A stretch of DNA of 64,000 nucleotides, taken from the NCBI GenBank assembly GCA_976226885.1, contig OZ320316.1, forward strand, positions 85,002,001 through 85,066,000, in the 5' to 3' direction. The position numbers and the translations under genes are program-made. Shown one piece after another: positions 13,451-25,989 of the stretch (the first letter of the stretch is position 1; the number at the start of each line of letters is the position of its first letter). The notes beneath the pieces were generated by a model. That model saw only the letters and a program-made list of their open reading frames with translations, was not told where the DNA came from and made no database searches. Source of the DNA: Iphione sp. A-MEVVRFRX5 (Eukaryota).

Positions 13451-15217
13451 AACTAGGAAGCGTCAGCAGGCGATTTCGGCAAAATTGCAAAAACAAGCAA
13501 CATTATTTGGAATTACAACCATACTGAAGATTTTCCTGCCACACCCAGGGGGTTGTGAAGTAGATACCATCTGGTAGAAGAGGAAGAACTGCAAACAGCT
13601 AGCTGTCATGCCATACAGACATCAGGAACAAGGAAGAAAGGGCACACTATACTCAGGTCAGTCCTTGGCAGTCTACTAAGGGGGGTGTTCAAGGGAAGAA
13701 ACTGAGAGTGCAAGGGTTGTAGCCACTTTGGGGTCAAGACCTCGAAGGCATTAGAATCAGCATTCAACTTCACCCACATCTACACCTTCCACCTTTCACC
13801 CACACCTGCACCCACACCAAGACTACTCTAGACTACCTGCACTCACACTCACTCACGCCTCAAGTGAGACTCACACTCATCTACACCTAGACAACTCTAG
13901 ACAACCAAGCTCAAGTGCAGTAATCCCTACACAAGTGAAGATGCTGAGAAGGAGGAAGTTTCCAGAGAAACCTCCAAGGGTCTTGAAAAAAGGGCAGGCC
14001 CTGCCAGAGGGATACATGCTGTGTGAACAGCGTCAGCAGAGGAAAATCTATTCCTCACAGAAGTTGTTGAAGAAGCACGAAGGGGGACATGAAGGGACTG
14101 CAATGGAAGACGAGCGAAGACCTACAACATTCGTGTCCCATCAGGTGGGATTCCCAGATCTGAGGGGGTATGCCTGAGGGAAGTCATCCATTAGCTCGAC
14201 ACTGCTGGTTGTAACCACTGGAGTATGAAATCCCTGAGAGATGCACACAGTTGCTACACACCATGAAAGGAATGCCAAAAACTGAACCCGAGACGATGCC
14301 AGAGTTCCCTCTTGCTGACCTGAGACCACCGACTGGACCTAGCACATCAAAGGACAAAGATGCAGGGTCACCAGAGTCTGACACATCATCCACAGAAGAA
14401 GGGGACTTGTGGACTATTCTACAGGAAACATCCCAGAGGGCCCAAGGTGATAGAAGGTGAAAGACTACCTGGGGAAACTTCTGGATGGAGGAATGGGGGG
14501 CAACCCAGCTGTGGTATGTCAAAATCCGATACCGATATGGGTGCAGTTGCCTCTGGGACTCACCTGGCCACCACGAGGATGAGAAGCAGCCAGTAATGGG
14601 ACATGCATTTTAGCATGGCTGTCCCTAGCATGGGTGCTCCAACTAGCGGAAGACCCACAGATGCCCGTGTCCCTCCTGGAACCACTGCGGAAGAGACCGT
14701 ACCTGATCTTGGACGGAAAGGCAGTACCGTCCAGGGGGGAATGAGAGCCTATTCGGAATCTCAGTGAGATTCACAATGAGACTATACGCTTGGCACTGGA
14801 TAAGATAAGAGACTGGATGCCCTCAAACCCCCAGGCTCTGACATTGTCCAAGGAGACAGCATGGCTATGGCATGACGAGGCTGAGGCAGCTAGACAGCAT
14901 CAGGAGTGGGCGAACCCAATGATGGTGGACATGTGCAAGAACACCGACCCGGTGACCTACCTGTTAGAGTAGAGCAAAGTTGTTGAGGCCAAACCTGAAG
15001 GCATGTTGGCCCTAAGGAGAAGTATTTATAGTTAAGGAAGGCATGAGTTTGTCACATTTTAGCTTTTAAGAACTGGGGGATGCTGGGTGAGATGACCCAA
15101 GGTTCGTTCGAGGGCCCATTGGCCCCAGAAAGTATATATGTGTCAACTGACAAGATGTATTAGAAGAATGTAACATGTCTGATCTGGAACAGCTCCCCTG
15201 GGAGATTTATTTGAGAC

Positions 15218-15243
15218 AATAAAAACCAATTCAATTCAATTCA
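15218..15243 (+). mobile_element. Retroposon-like 3' tail (AATAAA followed by (TTCAA)n)
   Basis: AATAAAAACCAATTCAATTCAATTCA ends a region of decayed reading frames (12.2-15.2 kb). A short-repeat tail is typical of non-LTR retroelement 3' ends. Confidence 0.45.
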
Positions 15244-15849
15244 TCTAGTATTAAGCAATCGTATTGTCTTACCTTTTGACATTGTGCTGTGATAGCTCTG
15301 TACTACGGAGAAGCCCACTAAAAGATTCTTATTCTTATTCTTAAAATAAGCTGGATGTAACCATCTCATCCATTCATCTGTGTATATAATATAGTTATAG
15401 TTGTAATTGTTATAGTTGTACCAGAAGGACCAGATTATTGAACATAATATAAAGGACCTGTCCATCACGTAACTAGATCAAATAATCTAAGATGGTAGCA
15501 TTACAGCTGTATGAAAAACAAAAGAAACATTGCCACACAATTCTGCACATTTCTGCTCATTTCCACACATTTTCATTAAGATCATTGCTTTAGATGCTTT
15601 AGATGTTTTAGGACCTTCACTGATCAAATATGCTGCTGTTATGATGTTTTTTCATCAAGTGTGCGGCTTTTAGGACCTTTTGCCACTTTAAGACCTTTAC
15701 TAGTACTGTTACTTGATCTAACATATGTTTACGTTAATTCTTACCTTTTACAATGCACTCATGCAAACGCAAGCATAAAAGACACCCTTGTGCATGAGTA
15801 TACAAGACAACTCTCGACACGAATCATCGCACATGCCAAGCACGGTATA

Positions 15850-16026
15850 CAGTGGAGTCTCTATTTACGACCACCCCTTTGTTCCCATAAAAAGTGGTCG
15901 TAATAGTGAATTTGGTTGCAAATAGGGTATCAAATGTATAGAAAACAACATTTTGGTACCCACTTCAGGTGGTCTTAAATAGAGAATGGTCACAAATTGA
16001 TGTGGTCATAAATAGAGATTCCACTG
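15850..16026. mobile_element. pogo/Tigger-like (Tc1/mariner superfamily) MITE, minimal 177-bp member
   Basis: TA|CAGTGGAGTCTCTATTTACGACC ... GGTCATAAATAGAGATTCCACTG|TA: 23-bp TIR with 2 mismatches and a TA target-site duplication. Confidence 0.9.
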
Positions 16027-16532
16027 TATATTCAGAGACAAACATAGATATGAAAACCGTTGCTTAGATCACAGACTCTAGGCGACTTTATGGTGCTTAC
16101 GTTCATATTGGCTTCTTTATAACGGTTTGACGAGAATCATGTTTATGAAAAATCAATATAAAGAACTTAATAGAGGAAAGTATTGGATTTTTTAATGGTG
16201 ATACTGACGTGAAGGGCCAGACAGTAAATGATGCCACGACCGAAGATAAAAGTAAGAACCGGTTTAAAATCTTCAATGAAAATTGCATACTGCTCGAAAC
16301 AATAACTGTCAAAAAACACCAGGCGGAGTAGAATTTCTCTAAACATACTCAAAAGCAGATTTTGAATTGAGATGGGGCTGAGAATTAATAATCTATAACT
16401 CTCATTATTTAGATATGTCATTAAAAATTCCTACAGCAAAGGACTTCTTCTGTAGAAGGTATACAATGAGCAGTGCGCCCGTCCGTAATTAGCATTTTTG
16501 TGAATTTTCACTTGAATAGGGAAAAAGACTAA

Positions 16533-17152
16533 GGGCCACTTTCCTTACCTGCATTGAGCTGCGTTAGGCTGTGTTTGCCATCAGTGTGCATTGACATGTG
16601 GTTTACATGCATTTTTTTCTCACGCAGCTCAGCACACAGGAGTGTCTATTGAGATTGCATGAGGTTGCGTGAAAAAATCTATGATACATCTATGATAGAT
16701 GTATCAAAAAGGAGGAATCTCACTATTTAAAGGACAAATTAAACAGGAATAGTGGCAACAACCTGTGAATTTTACTAATTAAAGGATAAAAAAGACAAAT
16801 TTGACAGGAATAGCAGCAAACACTGGTGACTTCACTAAAGGATGGAATTGTGTGGAAATGTGTGGTAATGTGCTGAAGTGTCCTGTATTGTCCAGTAATA
16901 CCCTGTTATCATGTTAATCATTGCCTCCTTCAAAGAATACCTGCACTATACTAATGTGCGTTGGTGTCCGTGTGCGTTAAATTATCGCCCACAGCCCCAA
17001 AACGAGTCATGGATGCCTAACACACCTCAGCGGACCACAATGCATTAATAACACCCTTTAATGAAATGAACATGATCATGAAAAAAGGATGGGGATGGAC
17101 AGGAAATGGGCAGGAACTCCCACGGACGGCATAGCATGTAAGGAAACCGGCG
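16533..17152 (-). mobile_element. PIF/Harbinger-like MITE, family B (older copy)
   Basis: Ends GGGCCACTTTCCTTACCTGC / GCATGTAAGGAAACCGGCG resemble the TIRs of 61582-62222. The interior (GTGTGGAAATGTG.., CACACAGGAGTGTC) is the reverse complement of that copy's interior. Confidence 0.7.
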
Positions 17153-19167
17153 TTTACAGATCTTTTGTACCTCCATGTGAACCTTTGGTCTAGAAATATT
17201 TATCATAGACCCGTTATTGATCATAAACTTTGCCTGTTATAGATTTATTACACTACATATATAAAACGTCGCCCAAAATTAGTACGGCGATGGGCAGGAG
17301 GTCTTACACTGATGTGATTTATTACAGCTGGATTATTTTTATATTAACTTATGTACTCCATGGAGGTATTGCAATAGAAGAAAAAAAATGTATATATGTT
17401 GATGTGATTTTGACTGGCATTGGACCATCACACACACAGCTCCTGCCGCTTTGCACTGCAAATTACTACACTAGCCTAATCACAACCCAAAACTGTCAGC
17501 TATCTGCCTACACTTAGAGAAAATAGTTCTAAAGTTTTCAGTTTTTCCTGTCTGTTTTGATGAATATAATTTTGAAATATGGTGTGGTATGTATTTCTCC
17601 AACATACTTACACTTGTAAAAAGTAGTTCAGTGATTATAGATGCATTTTCTGATCCCTTGCCCTTAGTTGCTCATGTGACATTACAAAGGCATGGAGAGA
17701 GTGTACAAGTGCATTCTTCAAGTGGGCATGACGTCACAGTGGGTGATAAGCCTGGTAGCTTTAGTCAAATGTAGGTCAAGTTCCTGGGGTGGAGGTGAAA
17801 GGTAGTGGGTTTCTCTCTTTGAGCTTTTATAAAGTTTATGTCTATAATAATCATTTGACCATGATTTGAATGCTAATTCTGACATTATGATGAACACACA
17901 TGTAAAACTACCTTAGGATGGAGTGCAGTTGTCAAAATTATCATTAGTTTGTTTTCACCAGGCCTTAGAGTTCACATTAGAATATGCAGAAACTCCCTGA
18001 TTATCACCCACTTTTCACCTCTGTAGTGTTTTTGCTAAATCAGAAATTTTAGCAGAGGAATTTAATCTAAACACTAATGTGGTCCTTTAGATTAAGGATA
18101 AACCTAAACATTTTTCACAATGGTTTCATATGACACCTTTGAAATCTGTGTGAAAATTGCTCTGACAACTCTTTGTTTACACTCTGCTCTCTGCAAGTGC
18201 CCAGATTCCCCACTCCAAGAATGGCAGTCTGTACTTTGACCCTTGCCCCTCACCCCCTATCTCTAACCCCGCACCCATACACATGAACCACCACACTCTA
18301 ACGAACCAGTGCAGGCGCCGAAGGCGCTTGTTGTACAGAAATTGTACATCTCTGTTGTGAGCACATTTAAAATACTATCTGTACGAATGCTGTGGGCAGG
18401 GAAAGAGAAAAAATTACAAAATCATGGAAACCGTGATATCAATGATATAATTATCGCTTCCTTTGTGATGCAACACTTTCCTCTTCATCGCTTCCTTCTG
18501 ATTATGGCATGTGTCCATTTTTTTCTCATTTGAGGCTTCACTATCTTTTCTTTTACCGTAGTCCATGTCATATAATCAGAATAATCCACTTCCATTTGCG
18601 TCCATACTAGGAAAGAAAATACGAAACAAACCACTAAGTTGTACGTGACCCTTTTCAAATCAAGAAGAAAATCCTCAGGCATGTCTTTCAGGTAGTATAT
18701 CACACCACCGTATTAACTCAATGGTGCTGAATGTTTAGTGTCACTCGGGCAAGAACGTGATACATTGATGTAAATATAACCCGAAATTAATACATGTTCT
18801 TGAAATTCACTCTGGACACTCTTCTGCGCTCTTTTTTCCCCCTATCGACCTTCCCTTTCTCCCCATCCTCCAAAATATTGTATCGAATATCTGTATTCGA
18901 GTAATGGACCACAACCCCAGTTGCCCAATTCCTATTGGCGTCTCAAGAAGCGGCTAATCAGAGGGGCTTACCTGACCCTGGGTGCCGCTAGGGGTCAGTG
19001 CGAGACTCTGCAAAAAAGGAGTTGGTAGTCGAGTGAGATGAGGCGGACACCTAGTTCCTCGGTCAGCGATGTGAAGAAGACACGATACCGCGTCAGGCGT
19101 GATGGGGCCGGCTGAACATCATGTTACCGCGAGGTTCGAGTACGCAGGCAGCGGTTTGATGCTGGCG

Positions 19168-19212
19168 ATCGTGGCGGTGGCGGCGGTGGCGGCGGTGGTG
19201 ATGGTGGTGGCG
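19168..19212. repeat. (GGC/GGT)n trinucleotide microsatellite in a CpG-rich island
   Basis: GTGGCGGTGGCGGCGGTGGCGGCGGTGGTGATGGTGGTGGCG. Confidence 0.85.
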
Positions 19213-19649
19213 AGAAAGGGCGGTCGGCATAGCGGCGATGATTGAGTCGCCGGGATAGCTTCCCTCCTTGCGCCTCAAAGGGATTCAATCGTACGCAGCG
19301 CCACAGTGGGATGTCAGTCCCATCTCTGCAGGTGACGAAACTATTTATCAAGGCAATGGAGGCTTATGGACACGGAATGTTGGTGGCTGCTGCTGAAAAG
19401 TAGGCGGAAAGCGGATGTAGGAGAGATGTGTCAAACAAAATGCTGTGCCTCATACGAGTTGAATTATCAGCTAGAACGAACAATCAGAACAGATGCGGTC
19501 CACACAGCCGTCCAGAGTGCAAAGCAAACGAAAAGTTTAAAAGGTGTTACATTGTATATCGTCATTGCAAGAAGGATAATTTTAACTAAATATCAGTGGA
19601 AAAACCTGGCTGAGCTTTGTTAACAGACTGATATAACTTATGAAAACAA

Positions 19650-20520
19650 GCGTTGACAAATACTCTTCCGACAAGATGTGCTTCAGTATTTAGCTAGAGA
19701 ATTTAAAATTTATTCAGATTACGTTTAATACAGTGAAACTAAATTATATGAGTAAATCAACTACTACAACCCAAATCATAGCTATGCACTTTGTCCGAGA
19801 TCATCCTTGAAGAAGACCGTAAAGACCGTAATGGATATTTACTGACGAGGAAACCTCTCAAATACTTCATACAAAACTCATTTGCAACATTGTAGAGAGT
19901 CGAGAAAATTAGAATGGATTGCGGTGTTAAAACTTTCAAGTCGCTGTGCGATGAAACAAGCCGCACAAGTCTTGTTTGTACATTCAGTATCTTTCGAAAA
20001 CTCAGTTTTGCAAAGAATATTTCACTCGATCCCAAGCAGGTGCAGGTGTAGGTTAAATTCATTTTAAATATCATGATCCTTTATAGATTTCTTTCTGTGA
20101 GAGAGCCTTATGATGTTATTCCCTCCCATACCAAATTCCCGAACAGTATCAGAAATAGGATAGCAGACATATCTTGACAAAATGCAGGATCCTGTTTCAT
20201 CCTACACGCACGGGAAAGGTGGTGACAGTAGGCAAACATCTCCAGTATAACAACTGTGATGCTGCTACACATCTTAATACAATTAAATCTTTCTAAAGAA
20301 TGAAACTCTCTACGGGAGATATTATCAATGAAAAAAATACCTTTTATTTTGCAAGACCAGATTGATATTCTTTGTTCTAACTCGTTTATTTGGGCAATAT
20401 CAGGTAGAATGTGAAATAAAGCAGACAGTGCTACACAAATTACAGGCATATAAATACATATCTCCCCATACACATCTCCCCTTGATGACCTTTCTTTAGC
20501 GTGACTCGAACAACACACTC
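19650..20520 (-). mobile_element. Decayed L2/CR1-group LINE, RT C-terminal region
   Basis: One minus frame runs ~254 codons (20518-19757) with only 2 internal stops. It gives TYTCTCLG..KLSFRKILNVQTRLVRLVSSHSDLKVLTP and TLYNVANEFCMKYLRGFLVSKYPLRSLRSSS, resembling the L2 signatures DYCNSLL..KLQ.VQN.AARLV.....HITP and YKAL.GLAP.YL..LL..Y.P.RSLRSSS. Confidence 0.55.
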
Positions 20521-21088
20521 AAATCTCATACATCCCGATGCAGCCCGTGCAAAAGTCGCGATTCAAATGCTACCATGTCTCCTGTTTGCACACAGACATG
20601 ACAGAGCCTGTGAGAGCGCAGACTGCAGTGCAATCCATTACTATTATACGAGTTAACGAGAGACTACCCGCACCGCAATCATGAATACAGAGGCGTTTAC
20701 CATCAATGATGTCTTCCCTCCCAGAGCTTTGTCAGCAGGCTAAACGACATTGGACACTGCGATTTAGAATATTTTGGGGCATCAACTACACTATCAGCCA
20801 GTTTAACACAGTGAACCGCGGGCTGTGGCAATTTCAACACTAATGCGTCTGCTATTCTCATCTGGCATAGTCACAGCCAATCAGGTGGTTAGCCTAGCAT
20901 GTTGAGAAGAAGTTCTAGTGTTTTAGTATTTGCTTCATGTGATAGATACATACTGAGTGGAGCGTTGTACGCGATATATTGGCACAGAAGGGATTAGACC
21001 AAGGCGCAGCCAAGGTCTAACCCTTTTGTGCCAATATATGCGTACAACGTGACACGAGGTATGTATCTCAGTTAAAGTAACGTCTCTC

Positions 21089-21242
21089 NNNNNNNNNNNN
21101 NNNNNNNNNNNNNNNNNNNNNNNNNNNNNNNNNNNNNNNNNNNNNNNNNNNNNNNNNNNNNNNNNNNNNNNNNNNNNNNNNNNNNNNNNNNNNNNNNNNN
21201 NNNNNNNNNNNNNNNNNNNNNNNNNNNNNNNNNNNNNNNNNN
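21089..21242. other. Assembly gap (154 N)
   Basis: Run of N preceded by TCTC; it may be a collapsed (TC)n tract or repeat. Confidence 1.
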
Positions 21243-21254
21243 GGTTGCTAGATA

Positions 21255-21725
21255 CAGTGCAATGTTCCCTCATGGACATGTCTCGGATGCAGACGCATCT
21301 ACAATGCAGATGCTTTGTTGCAGAACCGACTGTTTTCCTATAGTTAAGCAGTATAATGGAATGTCTTGAATGTGGACAGCTAAGTTTTATGGACATTTTC
21401 AGAGATGTGGACGAATTTGGGGCTCCAGGGAGGCTCCAGAAGACATTTTCGAAGGTAGAGATGAATAACCCCCAAGCACTTTTGGGAATGCTAACAGTCA
21501 AATTCAGCACTTTTAAGACTCTTACTCATCAAATTCAACACTTCTCGGACTCCTACTCATCAAATTTAGCACTTTTAAGGTTCTAACTCATCAAATTTAG
21601 CACTTTTAGGGCTTTTAACTGATACCAATCACATATACCACTCAGTGATCTATAATCTGGCCACGTCTGAAATGCGGACAATCTGGAGAAGAACAGAGGA
21701 TGGCCGTAATCGGGACGTCACACTC
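21255..21725 (+). mobile_element. pogo/Tigger-like non-autonomous element with an internal 31-bp minisatellite
   Basis: TA|CAGTGCAATGTTCC.. left end and ..GGGACGTCACACTC|TA right end. Subterminal (A)TGC(A/G)GAC motifs. About 4 copies of CAAATTCAGCACTTTTAAGACTCTTACTCAT at 21499-21620, the same unit family as 33669-33789. Confidence 0.75.
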
Positions 21726-21734
21726 TATATATAT

Positions 21735-21900
21735 TGTAGGATACAAGTAAGACATAACAGCAGCTTAGGTATGGAGGTTTATTGCTGAGTAGAAGAGAGA
21801 TGTGTACAGCACAAATGACAAAAGCCAACTGGTAACCCCCCAGGCATCCTCCTCTTATATAACTATGACTTGCCGTGGAGTGCCGCTCGACCCAAGCGGA
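21735..21900 (-). mobile_element. LTR-like terminal repeat downstream of the YR gene
   Basis: On the minus strand: TATA box TTATATAA (21862-21855), AATAAA ~75 bp downstream (21783-21778), then termination in ..CCTACA (21735). Same orientation as, and 3' of, the YR remnant. Confidence 0.45.
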
Positions 21901-22125
21901 TGCCATGCACTGTGCACCGCATGCGGCAACAGCCACCTCGTGTCTACAATATATTTTGACAAAACTAACACAACACATACATTGGGGGTACAACACACAA
22001 TTTCTGGCTTTATTCACAAGAAATATAAAAAATTTGTCAATCTGTGTGGTGGTTACAGGGAGATTGTTCCATTCACATCAAGTTGCGTCACCTAATCATC
22101 ACCCAAATCAGGCATATATACGCAA

Positions 22126-22368
22126 ACTACTCAGGAACACACAAATTGGTTAGGTATACACAATTAGACTTTAATCACATAAAAAACTTTTCAGTGAGAG
22201 TGACGGTTGAGTACAATAACATTCCAGACCAAACAGGACATCAGGTAGTTGCCCAGGTGAGCCATAGTATGCAGTGTACCCAATATCCAAATAAACCCAT
22301 CCCTTTTTTGGCATATTGACACAGACTACTCAGGAACACACAAATTGGGTAGGTATACACAATTAGCC
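22126..22368 (+). repeat. ~43-bp direct repeat, two copies 199 bp apart
   Basis: ACTACTCAGGAACACACAAATTGG(T/G)TAGGTATACACAATTAG at 22126 and 22325. Confidence 0.85.
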
Positions 22369-22404
22369 CAAACCCAAAGAAGAAGAAAAAATAGAGTCTC
22401 TCCC

Positions 22405-23180
22405 AAATGCAAACATTGCTACACTGGTCCAACCACCTCTAGACTATATAGAATTTAATGGCATCCCCAACCTTGCCACATGTGTGGCGCCACCCTCCGT
22501 AAGGAATGAGATGTCATTCTACCAACAACTCCTACCTCCTTGCTAATTGACCTCAGCTTCCTCTGAAAGGTAGGATAATCAAAGACCTGAAACTCCCCTC
22601 TCACCATACAACTGAGAAGGGGGAGATCCTCTTTAAGCCTCAACAAAGAAAATAACAACCTCAACCAATATACTAAACAGAATCTTTTGCTAATAAAAGG
22701 TCAAACCACAAAAACCATCGCCTTCTTACCAAACTGATCTGTTTTCGAAGAATTAATAGAAATCTTAGCTCCACTATCCACAAAAACCACACCCTTCCTC
22801 TTGATGCCACCAACACCGGTATAATGCCTTTTCCTTAAAAGGCATCTAAAGCCTAACAGGACTGCACACCAGAATAAAACCTCAAAACTGCCCTTAAATT
22901 GAATGCCATCATAGATTCTGGACATGTCCTCAACCATTAGCACATCTGATGCTAACCCTGGCAAGGCCTCCAACCTCTTGCCACCAGCAATAACCCATTT
23001 AACATTATAATCACTAACATCTGGCGGAATCTCAATACCAAGGAATACACACTTTTGGAGAGGCTGAGACCCAAAATTTCACAAATACCGACCCTTGGTC
23101 ACATTCAGAAGAACCCTGAACATATGGAACATCTTCACTAGCTCGCACTTTCTGCCATGCCCAATGAAACCTGCAAGAAG
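22405..23180 (-). pseudogene. Tyrosine recombinase of a DIRS/Ngaro-type retrotransposon (or Crypton), disrupted
   Basis: FWCAVLLGFRCLLRK (catalytic Arg region), ISINSSKTDQFG (Lys), SHSLRR(G)GATHVARLG (HxxR, -1 frameshift), GGWTS.AMF. In-frame stop at 22701-22703. Confidence 0.85.
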
Positions 23181-23394
23181 CAGGCCATGCTACCATCAAT
23201 CCTGTAAAGAATGAAAAAATGTATATGCATGCCATTCCGTCACATCGACACATACAAAGAAAACACATCCTGTAATGGGACACAACAGTTGCACAACCAA
23301 GAACATACTATACATTCTTATGTGCCAGGTTTGCCACATGCAATATAGGTTAAATGGGCAGAGAAGCATGCATAAGGATGCATAAACACAAGTG

Positions 23395-24150
23395 CAGTAG
23401 AGTCTTAATTTCTGACCTATGCAATTACCGACCAAATCAGCCATTATGACCATTTGACGTGGGAATGGAAATTCCTTCAATACATAACTTATATGATGGA
23501 TTATCAATTACTGACCAAATTGATTCCTGACCATTCTCAGCATCCAACCACTCACCTAAGAGTTTTTTTTCTGTAAATTTGACTAGTGATTTCCGACAAT
23601 TTCCCTGATTTTTAGACAAATTTGCCTTAGTTTTGCTGATTTTAAGACGAATTTTGCTGATTTTGCTAACACAAGCCCCTAACAAAGTGTTTGGAGGGTT
23701 ATTTCAGATGTTGGTAAAGGTGTGAGGGCAACCACTACACTTCACTGCTCCCTAACAAAGCGTTTGGAGGGTTATTCATTATTTCAGGTGTTGGTAAAGG
23801 TGTGAGGTCGACCACTTCTTCCTAACAAAGCGTTTTGAGGGTTATTCACTGTCTCAGGTGTTGGTAAAGATGCGAGGGCGACCACTTCTTGTCAATTGAA
23901 TAAATGAGCACTTTTGTCTGAATTATTTTGTTTACTTTTTAAATTCTTCATTTTTTTTCCTTAATGAACTTTGATTATTGAGTAACATACCGTTAATAGA
24001 GAGAGAGGGGGAGAAGGGATTATTGAGTATTGAACTCTATAACATGTTAATAGAGAGAGAGGTAGAAGGGATATTGATTTCTGACCATTCCCGCCATTCC
24101 GACAATTTTGGGCTCAACCTGACCACTGGTCGGAAATCGAGACTCCACTG
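23395..24150 (+). mobile_element. pogo/Tigger-like non-autonomous element with an internal ~70-bp minisatellite
   Basis: TIR CAGTAGAGTCTTAATTTCTGACC (23395) versus GGTCGGAAATCGAGACTCCACTG|TA (24150). Three copies of CCTAACAAAG(T/C)GTTT.GAGGGTTATT.. at 23678, 23751 and 23821. (GA)-rich tract plus AAGGG.ATATT near the right end, as in 33174-34006. Confidence 0.8.
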
Positions 24151-24539
24151 TACATTTTACGCACAAAACTCAGAGACAAACCAGCAGTTAACCACCTACT
24201 AGACCATGACGTGGACCCCTCAGAAATCCTTATCTTGGTTGACTCGAGCTGAGAGATAGAAAGATCCATCTAAGGCTGGAGGAAGCTTGGATATACACTT
24301 AGGGAATGTGGCATCCCCAAGGCTTGAACATACATCTGTGACACAGAATTCCCCAAATGACATCATCATGCACTGTGATGCACCTAAGGAATTCCATGAC
24401 ATCATACATCAAAGTAAAATAAATGCTTCTTTTCACCACCTAAGAGCACCAGTAACATGCACAGCATGTATGACACTCTACACAACAACGCCATAACCAA
24501 AGAATACTACATAAAGTGACATTACAGTTACCACCAAGA

Positions 24540-25120
24540 TGCCCTCATTGCAAAGCATGTTAAATAAGTGGCAAATCATTGCTTCACCACTTGAATACTA
24601 AACACATGTTTGATGACAACGACTCACCCACTGTCGGTAAGCTTACCCTTTCTTGCGGCAGAACTTTTTCCAACAGGTTTTATTTGTCACACCATCAATT
24701 ATCACACCACAGGTTCAAATTTGACTTATGCAAAAATGTCAGACTTGTTCCTAAATACAAACCTAAAGTCAAACCGAATCCTATGATCATTGTGAATTAC
24801 ATCAGGAAACCAGGAAATTCCATATAGTGAATGATTGTGAAATTACACCAGGAAACCAGAAACTTCCATATAGTGAATGCACCTCCACCTTACACAGACT
24901 GCCATATGCCAGCTCGAGAGGTGCTGCTACCATCCACATCCACAAGTCAAACACACACCCAAAACACTGACCATGGTGGGCATCAAAGAGAAAGCTCAGC
25001 AAACCCCAGACCCGATGAAATGCAACAACTCATGCTATCTCCACCCGTTGGATAATTGTGCAGAAGCTCAACCGAGATGTTGCAGATGCAATGGAGAGAC
25101 AGATGATTCGCCAGGGCCTT
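24540..25120 (+). pseudogene. Decayed ORF with C2H2 zinc-finger and CCHC knuckle-like remnants (probably TE ORF1/gag-like)
   Basis: CGRTFSNRFYLSHHQLSH fits C-x3-F-x5-L-x2-H-x3-H exactly and is followed by HRFK(F)DLCK. Downstream CNNSCYLHPLDNC..PRCCRCNGE resembles tandem zinc knuckles. ~46-bp internal duplication at 24786 and 24832. Confidence 0.45.
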
Positions 25121-25989
25121 AAGCCCAGGCAGACACCATGAGGACGTTAGGACCTCACATAATTCAGGATATTTCCATATTGTTCATTGTGACTGTGTTA
25201 TGACATTGTGATTAGAAGATTCTGTGATAAGTATCCCAGCCATTAAGTTTGAAATATAAGACGGTATTATACACATGTGATATGTACTCCAGCAGAGTAT
25301 TGTGTACCCATTAAGGGCAAGAGAGGCTATGTTTATATACTGAATGTTTACGGATAGGTTTCCATGTTTTAACTAATCAATTGTTAACATTGACCAGGTT
25401 TTACTTAGATACAAGATACTGATCTTATTGTTTTGTTCCAGGGTTGGACCTTGTATAAAAAATGATAAGCCAAAACGACATTATCCTTTTATATACATTC
25501 GACTATTGGATAATTAACTAGTTCCAGGGTAAACCTGAGCCGTATCAGAGACCATATATGTAACCAAGATTAGCATTCCTTGTATTGTATTGAACTGTAT
25601 TGTATTGTATACGGTTCTGTCTGAAGTACTTATGTCATCTTTGTACCCATCTTACATACGTTGAGGTGTGTGTGTGTGTGGAAAATGGCATCCAGCGATC
25701 CAGAGTTTTCTGATTTGGAGGAGAAATGGGAAGATGATCTCCCTCTTTAGTCTTTAAAAGCACTTGCAAGAGGTGCTGACCATTTTTCTGATGAATCAAA
25801 GCCAGAAATACCACAAGAAGACTCTGAAGTGAGGACACCTCTGAAGAACTTAAGATGTTCCACCGGAGGAACTCAGAGAAGAAAGAACACCCCTTAGAGG
25901 GAAGTGGGTCCATGAAAAATCAGGAGAAACACAAAATCTCTCAGAGTTTGAAGAGACAGTAGGAGTGGATGAGTGTATTGATGCTATTT

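Noticed and set aside
20935-21510. 191-aa ORF
   Set aside because: Spans the N gap and a MITE; artefact.
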